Below are positions 7,674 to 14,859 of a stretch of DNA of 37,857 nt, in pieces. Both the position numbers and the translations under genes were made by a program. Under the pieces are notes generated by a model. The model was not told the DNA's origin and did no database searches. It worked only from the letters and a program-made list of their open reading frames with translations. Each line of letters begins with the position of its first letter. Positions within the stretch are counted from its first letter, which is position 1. Source of the stretch: Candidatus Liptonbacteria bacterium (GTDB taxonomy: Bacteria > Patescibacteriota > Minisyncoccia > UBA6257 > 2-01-FULL-56-20); contig JACRFR010000045.1 in the NCBI GenBank assembly GCA_016212635.1, positions 1-37,857 on the forward strand, in the 5' to 3' direction.

Positions 7674-8242
7674 TTAACCGGCAACCCATAAGCCGGATTC
7701 TGTCCCCTCTCGCCTACGGCGAGAACGCTGATTCACGCCGATTTCTGCGCCGATTCACGCTAATGGGCTAGTCCCCATCTGCACTTATCTGGGTGTTTTA
7801 TCCGCGTTAATCCGCGTCTAGTCTGCGCTTATCCGCGATCTTGTAGTAGACAAGAGAGTGATGATCATTTATCTGGGCCCTCGATTACTCTCGGGCTCAA
7901 GCGAGCACTCCGCGCGCGCAGCGCGCTCATCAGCGAATTGCAAATGAAAACCGAATTTACGAATTCGTATATTCGTAACCGATTCGTTATTCGTTGATAA
8001 CGTGCTGCGCACGCGACACGACTCTTGCGCCCAGTAAGGGTTTAGCCGTTTCACTTTCGCCTTACGGCGAAATTATTCCCGAAGGAATTCCCTCGGCTTT
8101 CGCCTCGGGACGTCTCTGTTCGCACCTCTAAGCTTGCGCTCGACGGCTGTTAGCCGCTACCTTTGGTCCCGCTAAGCGGGACCGGGTGTCCGGACTTTCC
8201 TATCCCGCCGAGGCGGGATCGATCATCTAGGTTGCCAGCTGC
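7674..8242 (-). ncRNA. rnpB: RNase P RNA (bacterial type A-like core) with ~170-200 nt of extra helices
   Basis: In RNA sense, GGAAAGTCCGG is the reverse complement of 8190-8200, GCTTGAGCCC of 7893-7902, and ACAGAATCCGGCTTAT of 7688-7703. P1 can form between CTGGCAACC (5') and GGTTGCCGG (3'). Confidence 0.85.
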
Positions 8243-8246
8243 TTTG

Positions 8247-8274
8247 GTTATACCTCCTGGGCAAAAATTGTCAA
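8247..8274 (-). promoter_or_regulatory. Candidate promoter for rnpB (TTGACA-16-TATAAC)
   Basis: -35 is the reverse complement of 8269-8274 and -10 the reverse complement of 8247-8252. The predicted start coincides with the inferred P1 5' end near 8240. Confidence 0.5.
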
Positions 8275-8298
8275 AACCGTGTATGGGGCCACCCTATT

Positions 8299-8346
8299 TG
8301 TTCGAGGCCCGACCACGAACAGTAGTGTTCGAGGTCGGGCCTCGAT
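8299..8346. repeat. REP-like hairpin, GAGGTCGGGCC family (copy a)
   Basis: ttcgaggcccgacc ... ggtcgggcctcga inverted repeat, intergenic. Confidence 0.7.
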
Positions 8347-8355
8347 ACATGATAA

Positions 8356-9168
8356 TTAAAATTTAGCCTTCCCCGTCAACTCGATGATTCTCTTAAACTC
8401 CTTCGGCCTCAAACTGGCCGCACCGACCAGAACACCGTCAATTTCGGGGTGGTTTAAATAACTTTGTGCATTTTTGACGTTGACCGAACCGCCGTAGAGG
8501 ACGGGGGTGGTGAGTAGAGAGTAGCGAGTAGAGAGTAGAGATTTAATGGAACGGATCATTTCTACTACATCCGCAGGTTTTTCCAAACCTCCCCCTTCCC
8601 CCTCCTTAGCAAGGAGGGGCTTGGGGAGGTTGGTCGATATAGCCCAGACGGGCTCGTAGGCGAGGATTAAGCGAGTAGCGGGTGGGGAGTAGGGAGTAGA
8701 GTTGATACCGGAGAGACAGGCACGAAGTTGAGAGGCGACAAACTTCTTCGAGGCAGCAATCCCCTGCCTGCGAATTGCGAATGTTTCGCCGACACAGAGA
8801 ATCACCTTGAGGCCGGCCCGGAGCGCGGCTTGAACTTTTTTCGCTACCATCTCGTCCGTCTCCCCCATCGCTCGCCGCTCGGAGTGACCTAGAATGACGT
8901 ATTTTGCGCCAAGCTTTTTAAGCATGGCCGGAGAAACTTCGCCGGTGAATGGTCCCGATGCTACCTCTGGCCCGCAGTTTTGGGCCCCTAGGGAGAAGCG
9001 GGCAGAGAGTAGTGAGTAGAGAGTAGAGGAAAGAAATGGGAACGGTGGGCAAATAACCACTTTGGCGTGCTTGTTCTTATCCGCCGCCACTCCTGCCGCG
9101 CGGGCCAGCTTTTGGGCCTCGGCGTAAGTAGTCGGATTCATCTTCCAGTTAGCGATAATTAGTTTCAT
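8356..9168 (-). CDS. tpiA: Triosephosphate isomerase
   Basis: ANWKMN, GHSERR, YEPVWAI, YGGSV and GAASL motifs are all intact. Confidence 0.92.
   Translation of the reverse strand: MKLIIANWKMNPTTYAEAQKLARAAGVAADKNKHAKVVICPPFPFLSSTLYSLLSARFSLGAQNCGPEVASGPFTGEVSPAMLKKLGAKYVILGHSERRAMGETDEMVAKKVQAALRAGLKVILCVGETFAIRRQGIAASKKFVASQLRACLSGINSTPYSPPATRLILAYEPVWAISTNLPKPLLAKEGEGGGLEKPADVVEMIRSIKSLLSTRYSLLTTPVLYGGSVNVKNAQSYLNHPEIDGVLVGAASLRPKEFKRIIELTGKAKF
8586..8630. repeat. Nested 45-bp palindrome embedded in frame in tpiA
   Basis: aacctcccc..cccctccttagcaaggagggg..ggggaggtt encodes NLPKPLLAKEGEGGGLEKP, ~10 aa longer than the usual loop after the YEPVWAI motif. Confidence 0.7.
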
Positions 9169-9236
9169 TGATTGAAATTATAGCACTAAAATCGAATGGT
9201 GGCGCAGGGAATAACAAACCTCCACAAATCGAGTCC

Positions 9237-9917
9237 TTACTTCTCTTGTTTTTCCCAGATGTCGTAACCGCTGTTTGGGTGTAGATTTAAGAATTCGACG
9301 TTCTCTTTCCTCGCGCCATATAAAATATCGTAATGCACATCTATCCCAAACACGATTCCCTCTGGTTTAAGCGCGCGAGCGATTTCTCGTCCCAGGGCGT
9401 ATCGGTACTCTTGAACCGGCAAAATTTCATGATCTATTCCATTCAGGGCAAAATTGTCTGCGGTGGTGAGCTGGGAAACAAAACGGAGCATGTCTTCTGG
9501 GATAATGTGAAAGTTTATGTACGGCAATCTTTCTATCCTTGGGGCAAGCTGATCGGATGGCGACTGGGAGTAATAATCTACATTGATATAATCTTTAACC
9601 CCACATATCGCCATTAGTTCGTAGAGTGCGCAGTCCCGGCCTCCACCCAGATCAAACACCGTCTGGCCAGCCAGTCTTTGCTTCATAAATTCCAGCAATT
9701 TAGCTAATTTTTCCCGTCGGGGGTAATTTTTTGGCAAAAGACGAACTTCTCCTCTGTCCCCTAAAAGTAGGTTCCACTTGTAGGCGAAAGAGGTTCTCAA
9801 TCTATCCTCTATAGTTGGCTTTAGAGTCGCTTCAATAAGTTGCTCATACTCCGCCGCCCGCGGATTGTCGTATTTGGGCAGATCCAATATTGATTTTCTT
9901 TCCGGTCGCTCGAACAT
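9237..9917 (-). CDS. Class I SAM-dependent methyltransferase-like protein
   Basis: VFDLGGGRDCAL motif I-like, with a later acidic motif after a beta strand. GC is lower than in flanking DNA. Confidence 0.5.
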   Translation of the reverse strand: MFERPERKSILDLPKYDNPRAAEYEQLIEATLKPTIEDRLRTSFAYKWNLLLGDRGEVRLLPKNYPRREKLAKLLEFMKQRLAGQTVFDLGGGRDCALYELMAICGVKDYINVDYYSQSPSDQLAPRIERLPYINFHIIPEDMLRFVSQLTTADNFALNGIDHEILPVQEYRYALGREIARALKPEGIVFGIDVHYDILYGARKENVEFLNLHPNSGYDIWEKQEK

Positions 9918-9968
9918 AGCGGTGTCAGCGGACAGGCGGGTTTCCCCGCCGTTATTTGTGCAATAATT

Positions 9969-11153
9969 CTACTCTCCCGAGCGGGCAAGGGGCATATTTA
10001 TCTTCCTTCCTAATTCACTCTCGAGTTTTCTTATATCAAGCCCTGCTCCCGAAAAACGATCTATAAGTGTGGGATCTTTAGGAGTATTCCTTTCATCATC
10101 CAGACTTTCCAACTTAAAGCCGCATGGCATCTCGTAACCCAAAATTTCAGAATTGACCACCATTGAGCCTTCTGCCTGCCGCAGCTTGTTTATCTCTTCT
10201 ACAGGCACGCCATCCTGAACTGCCAGGGGCGTATACGGCCGTTCCATATATTTGTTGTTCACTGTGGCGCCAGTTCTTAAAAGTATCTCTTGCGGTGTCA
10301 GAATCCTGTCACGCTTTCCTGTCTCAAAAGAAAGTTGCTTGAGAACTTTAATGTTTTTGTCTAGACCGATCGACACTCCTTTGTCAAGAATGAGCTCTTG
10401 GTAACGCTTTTCCAACTCGGCAGATGTCAGCCCTCCGTCCGTATATAGGGCAAGGTCATTCAGGATAACCGCTGCTCTTTCACAATCATCGACAATGGCG
10501 ATCCATATCGTTTTTAGTTCATTGAGTATTTCGTCCTCGCGCGCCCTGACTTCCTCGCGTCTTTGCGCTGTTAAAAAATGGTACGGATCTTTGGTCGCTT
10601 CTGTGTCAACGTTGCCGGTCGCGCGCCCTGTTTCTAAATCAAGTGCCGTTAGCCCCGCCAAACGGCGGGCCCGATCCATTCGTTCAATTGTATAGGTCTG
10701 ACCATCTTCCATATTTTCAATTCCCTTTTCACGTAATTTTACTCTTAATATTGGGACTGGTACGTCGGGATCAGTTTCCCAATAGATTCCTCCGTATCCC
10801 GAACTACCTACTTGTTGGTGTTCGCGCGGGGTAGACATGGCCCCATCAAAGAGGAAACCTTTCTCGTCCGTTATTCCTTCAATCTCATCGAGCAGGGACT
10901 GCATTCTGCCAACATAGGCCCGAGGAACTCTATCCAAAAAACGATGCGCCAATTCTATGTTAGATTGGCCCTTTTGCAACAATTCTTGATATCGCACTGG
11001 TAACTCATCCAATTTTCTGTGGAGATCGGTCAAAACGGCGTCGTATTTCTTTCTTGCGTTATCAAGCCAAAACAACTTCCGCCGCTCGGGATTTTCATCG
11101 TACTCATCATCTTCGGTAATCTCTGGCCCAATTGGAAATATAGGATCTTTCAT
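9969..11153 (-). CDS. Hypothetical protein (394 aa), no recognisable domain
   Basis: Long uninterrupted ORF with charged, cytoplasmic-looking composition. Confidence 0.6.
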   Translation of the reverse strand: MKDPIFPIGPEITEDDEYDENPERRKLFWLDNARKKYDAVLTDLHRKLDELPVRYQELLQKGQSNIELAHRFLDRVPRAYVGRMQSLLDEIEGITDEKGFLFDGAMSTPREHQQVGSSGYGGIYWETDPDVPVPILRVKLREKGIENMEDGQTYTIERMDRARRLAGLTALDLETGRATGNVDTEATKDPYHFLTAQRREEVRAREDEILNELKTIWIAIVDDCERAAVILNDLALYTDGGLTSAELEKRYQELILDKGVSIGLDKNIKVLKQLSFETGKRDRILTPQEILLRTGATVNNKYMERPYTPLAVQDGVPVEEINKLRQAEGSMVVNSEILGYEMPCGFKLESLDDERNTPKDPTLIDRFSGAGLDIRKLESELGRKINMPLARSGE

Positions 11154-11169
11154 TTTGAATTCTATTTAT

Positions 11170-11299
11170 GGGACTGTTGCCGAACTGTCATTCTGAGTGA
11201 AACGAAGAATCTCTATGCGACAAAAACCCAATAAAAGCGAGATGCTTCGCGTTGCTCAGCATGACAAATTAGTTGAAAAGGGAGTTCGGCAACAGTCCC
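11170..11299. mobile_element. MITE-like element, family 2 (TIR GGGACTGTTGCCGAAC)
   Basis: gggactgttgccgaac at 11170-11185 is the reverse complement of gttcggcaacagtccc at 11284-11299. The core is GTCATTCTGAG...GCTCAGCATGAC. Confidence 0.6.
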
Positions 11300-11361
11300 G
11301 TAGTATAGCGTGACAACCGATGATTTCTTGTTCCGAGTCAGCAGTCGCCAAGACTACAGTT

Positions 11362-11829
11362 TTAGCCCTTTTTGCCACTTTCGATCTTTTCGATCTCCTC
11401 TCTACGCCCACCTCGCTCTTGCTTTCTTTGCTGAGAACCATAGATAAAGGTACCCACGAGAGATACCAAAGTCGCGCTACCAATAATCGTCCCGGCCCAT
11501 TCTTTTCCCCAAATAGCCACAAGCGCAGAAACAGCAAGACCCGCTAGGCCAATTATTAAACCAAACCACAGACCCATTCTCGAATTGGCAGTGTCGGTTC
11601 CTATTACTATAGACTCCAGTTGTTTCCTATGCTCCGACTGTTTCTCCGCCATTGAAATAATACGCTCTGCCGCACCCGGTAAAATTTTTTCATAACGCTC
11701 AAGTATCTCCGGCGGTGGCAGAGGGCCAGAGAAGCCAACCGATTGCCTAACAGCAATCATGTTTCCCCCCTTCTGCGGCGTATCTTCCCTATTGTTTCCG
11801 TTTTCTCTATCGGGTGTTTGTTCGCTCAT
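11362..11829 (-). CDS. DUF2335-like membrane protein
   Basis: SGPLPPPEILERYEKILPGAAERIISMAEKQSEHR is followed by two hydrophobic helices. Confidence 0.6.
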   Translation of the reverse strand: MSEQTPDRENGNNREDTPQKGGNMIAVRQSVGFSGPLPPPEILERYEKILPGAAERIISMAEKQSEHRKQLESIVIGTDTANSRMGLWFGLIIGLAGLAVSALVAIWGKEWAGTIIGSATLVSLVGTFIYGSQQRKQERGGRREEIEKIESGKKG

Positions 11830-12040
11830 ATTCTTCTAGGGCAGATTGGAGGTCGTCCCGTACCATTAGCCAGTCACTCAATATGGCCCTTCTGTCGGCA
11901 TCCTCGGGGGTCTCGCTTTCGTTATAAATCAAGAAACTACCCGAGGTGTCGAAGATCCGGCCCATGTCCCTAATTAAAGATGGCTTTGCAAAAAGGAAAA
12001 AACTCATGCTTTTCTGTATGTTCTGTCTAATATTACCCAT
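11807..12040 (-). CDS. Hypothetical small protein (77 aa), overlaps the downstream gene by 23 nt
   Basis: The ORF is co-oriented with, and overlaps, the DUF2335-like gene. Confidence 0.4.
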   Translation of the reverse strand: MGNIRQNIQKSMSFFLFAKPSLIRDMGRIFDTSGSFLIYNESETPEDADRRAILSDWLMVRDDLQSALEEYERTNTR

Positions 12041-12144
12041 AACTATATAATAGCAAATAGACTGAAGGACCGCAAACAGGATTATCTAGATGGGAAGTGT
12101 CTATTGACAGACCAGTGTTCAAAGCGGTTTCTGTCTTTCTAATC

Positions 12145-12328
12145 AGGACTTACGCGTTTGGGTATTAATTCTCCCTTTTCTAAAGGGAGTACCCGAAGGG
12201 GGAGGGATTTCTAAAATCCTCCGCTCCGACTCGAGTTGGAGCACCCGCCCGAAACTACTGAATATCGTTTCAGTCGGGCAGGCCTCCTTTAAAAAAGGAG
12301 GAATGAAATCATCAAATACGTAAGTCCT
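12145..12328. mobile_element. Possible MITE-like element (TIR AGGACTTACG) packed with short hairpins
   Basis: aggacttacg at 12145-12154 is the reverse complement of cgtaagtcct at 12319-12328. Internal palindromes include ctcccttttctaaagggag, ctccgactcgagttggag and cctcctttaaaaaaggagg. Confidence 0.35.
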
Positions 12329-12350
12329 AATAATATTGATTTTGTTTGAA

Positions 12351-12905
12351 TTATTTTATTTTCTCCAAATCACGCTCGCGAACTTTCTCGAACGCTCTGG
12401 TCTCGATTTGCCTTATACGTTCGCGAGTTACATCAAAAACTTTGCTTACCTCCTCCAAGGCGTGAATCGTTCCATCCTCTAACCCAAAACGCATATTTAA
12501 TATTTTCTGCTCGCGCTCAGAGAAGCTCTGCAATACGCCTCGAACCAAATCGCGTGGATAAGCACGTTTCTGTACGCTTGCAGTTTTTATTTTGGTTCGG
12601 ATAATATAAAGCAAGCTAAAGATAATAACTATCCCAACCGATTCTGCAGATGTCCGTCGGAAATCTGGCTTGAATGATGAGTAGGCTAGATTAAAAGCAT
12701 TATCCCCCATTAAATCTTTTCTCTGGTGAAGGTTGTCAAGACAATCTTTCTGTAATGGATAAAAGTGATCTACACATGTTTCCAAAGTGGTTCCCATGAG
12801 ATTCGGAGCTACGTGCATAACCGGAAAGAAAAGTCTGAGTACAAGTGCAAGCGCACCCATAGTTAAGATGACGCTTGGACAAATTATTCGCATTAAGTGT
12901 TTCAT
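12351..12905 (-). CDS. Membrane-anchored protein carrying only a sigma-70 region 4 domain
   Basis: The C-terminus [48 protein letters not shown] is classic region 4.2. The N-terminus has two hydrophobic segments. No regions 2 or 3 are present. Confidence 0.7.
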   Translation of the reverse strand: MKHLMRIICPSVILTMGALALVLRLFFPVMHVAPNLMGTTLETCVDHFYPLQKDCLDNLHQRKDLMGDNAFNLAYSSFKPDFRRTSAESVGIVIIFSLLYIIRTKIKTASVQKRAYPRDLVRGVLQSFSEREQKILNMRFGLEDGTIHALEEVSKVFDVTRERIRQIETRAFEKVRERDLEKIK

Positions 12906-12944
12906 CCTATTAAGTTTATCTTTATGATTTTAGCACAAAATCGG

Positions 12945-13016
12945 TAGCCTCAAGGGGAATCGAACCCCTATTTACGCCGTGAGAGGGCGCCGTCCTAGCC
13001 GTTAGACGATGAGGCC
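12945..13016 (-). tRNA. tRNA-Glu (anticodon CUC)
   Basis: The reverse complement folds as a cloverleaf: acceptor GGCCTCA/TGAGGCT, anticodon loop CTCTCAC, T-arm AGGGG-TTCGATT-CCCCT. Confidence 0.85.
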
Positions 13017-13093
13017 ATTGAATATTCGGCTTCGACTTTTGACCTATGTTTGCCCGCCGATGTTTTAACGAAGGTGAGACTTTTACTCGACCA

Positions 13094-14686
13094 CTAGATC
13101 AACGGTTCATGACCAACGGCTGGCTTTGCAACCGACCTATTGGACTTAGTTAGGACTGGCTGGGAAGGTGGCGACCGAACCGCCCGCGCCTTTTTCTTCT
13201 CCATAACCCTCACCAACTTGCGCCTCGGTATGGTAGCCGATTTCCTTTGGGCGGACAAGACTGTCGGCCAGACTGTCGGCCGGAACGGCGGGAGTGGTCG
13301 AGATTGCGGTACAAAATTCGCGAGGGGTCGAACTTCCGGCTCTGCCCCATCCTGCCCGGCCCGCCGGAGCTGGACCACAAAATCGGCGAAGTGCATGGCG
13401 TGGGACGCTTTAACCAAAATCAAATCACCGGGCGCGACCAGCCGCTGGGCCGCTGCTATCGCCTCGTCGCTGGTTTCGTTAAAACTCCAGATGCGGGCCT
13501 GGGGCATACCCTCCGCCCGCGCACCCGCGGCAATATGCTTCGCGTTACGACCCACGGTAATGAGCACATCCGCCGAGCCGGCCGCCAGCCGGCCGATCTG
13601 TTCGTGCGCCTCATCGCTCTGCGGACCCAGCTCCAGCATATCACCCAGGATCGCCACCTTGCGCCGACCGGGTAATGCCGCCAGCGTTTCCAGAGCAAGC
13701 CGCACCGATAAGGGGCTGGCATTGTAGGAATCATCCAGAAGATACGAATCCTTGATCGCGGGCAAAAGCGTGGCTCGGCCGGGCGGCGGCTGGTATTGAC
13801 CTAGCCGCGCCGCGATATCTTCCAGTTTTAAGCCGAATATTATGCCAATCGCCGCGGCGGCCGCGGCGGCATAAACTTGGGCACGACCAAAAACGCCGGC
13901 CATGCGTACTGGCGCCGCTACGCTGCCGTACTCCAACTTGAACACCACCCCCCAGGGCCGGGCCCCGGCGAGCTGAAATTTTTCCTGGTCTACTATCCGC
14001 TTCACGCGATGTTCCAGGCCGGAAATCCGAAGCTGGGCCTCGCGCGCGAACCCATAGGTCAAAACTTGTGCGCGCGTCCGCCGGGCCACGGCCAACACCC
14101 GCGGATCATCACAGTTCAGGGCGGTAAAACCGGCGGCCGGCAGACACTCGACCAGCCCGGCCTTTTCACGAACCACTTCCTCTGTGCCGCTATAATGTTC
14201 CCCGTGCACCGGAATCTCGCCCACGGCGGTCACCACGCTAACATTCGGCTCGATAATTTGAAGCAGTTGGTGAATATCGCCCGGGCGGTCCGCGCCATAT
14301 TCCAGGATCAGAATTTCCGGATAGTCGGCTTGCCGCGTTAAAAGTACCTTCAGACCGCGACAAATAACACCCAGCCAAAACCAACCTTTGCGCCAGCGGC
14401 CGATAGTAGGCGGCGCTTCCCAGGAAACATTTTGGAGTTGGTCGTCAGTCCAGCCGCCGATTAAAACCAGGGGTAGGCCGAACTCGGTATTCAAGTTGCC
14501 GGGCGAACAGCGCACCCGGTAGTCCGGTTTTAATACTTCGGCGATCGCCAGCTTGGTCGAAGTTTTACCGACGCTGCCGGTCACCCCGATCACGCCCGGA
14601 CGGTGGCGCCACCAGATTAGCCAAGCGATTTTGGCTAGAATATATTTAATAGTTTGGCGCGCCCACTTGCGTGTCTGCATGGCCAT
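13094..14686 (-). CDS. murF: UDP-MurNAc-tripeptide--D-Ala-D-Ala ligase with a basic ~80-aa C-terminal tail
   Basis: GVTGSVGKTSTK Mur-ligase P-loop, and position in the dcw cluster after ftsI. Confidence 0.8.
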   Translation of the reverse strand: MAMQTRKWARQTIKYILAKIAWLIWWRHRPGVIGVTGSVGKTSTKLAIAEVLKPDYRVRCSPGNLNTEFGLPLVLIGGWTDDQLQNVSWEAPPTIGRWRKGWFWLGVICRGLKVLLTRQADYPEILILEYGADRPGDIHQLLQIIEPNVSVVTAVGEIPVHGEHYSGTEEVVREKAGLVECLPAAGFTALNCDDPRVLAVARRTRAQVLTYGFAREAQLRISGLEHRVKRIVDQEKFQLAGARPWGVVFKLEYGSVAAPVRMAGVFGRAQVYAAAAAAAIGIIFGLKLEDIAARLGQYQPPPGRATLLPAIKDSYLLDDSYNASPLSVRLALETLAALPGRRKVAILGDMLELGPQSDEAHEQIGRLAAGSADVLITVGRNAKHIAAGARAEGMPQARIWSFNETSDEAIAAAQRLVAPGDLILVKASHAMHFADFVVQLRRAGQDGAEPEVRPLANFVPQSRPLPPFRPTVWPTVLSAQRKSATIPRRKLVRVMEKKKARAVRSPPSQPVLTKSNRSVAKPAVGHEPLI

Positions 14687-14859
14687 GCTACTTCTGTTAT
14701 ATCATCCCTAATCAGCCACTATTCGACAAGGATAAGGGTGGGGCTTGAATTTATTGAGACCTCGGATGCAATTCTTCCGAGCACAGGTTAAGCGACAGGC
14801 CATTCCGGAATGACACATAAATACGTAGATTCGTGATTCAAGGTATTAGATTTTCGGTC

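Noticed and set aside
11256-11537. 93-aa minus-strand ORF overlapping the DUF2335-like gene and MITE
   Set aside because: It starts inside the MITE and overlaps, out of frame, a better-supported gene with a recognisable conserved motif.
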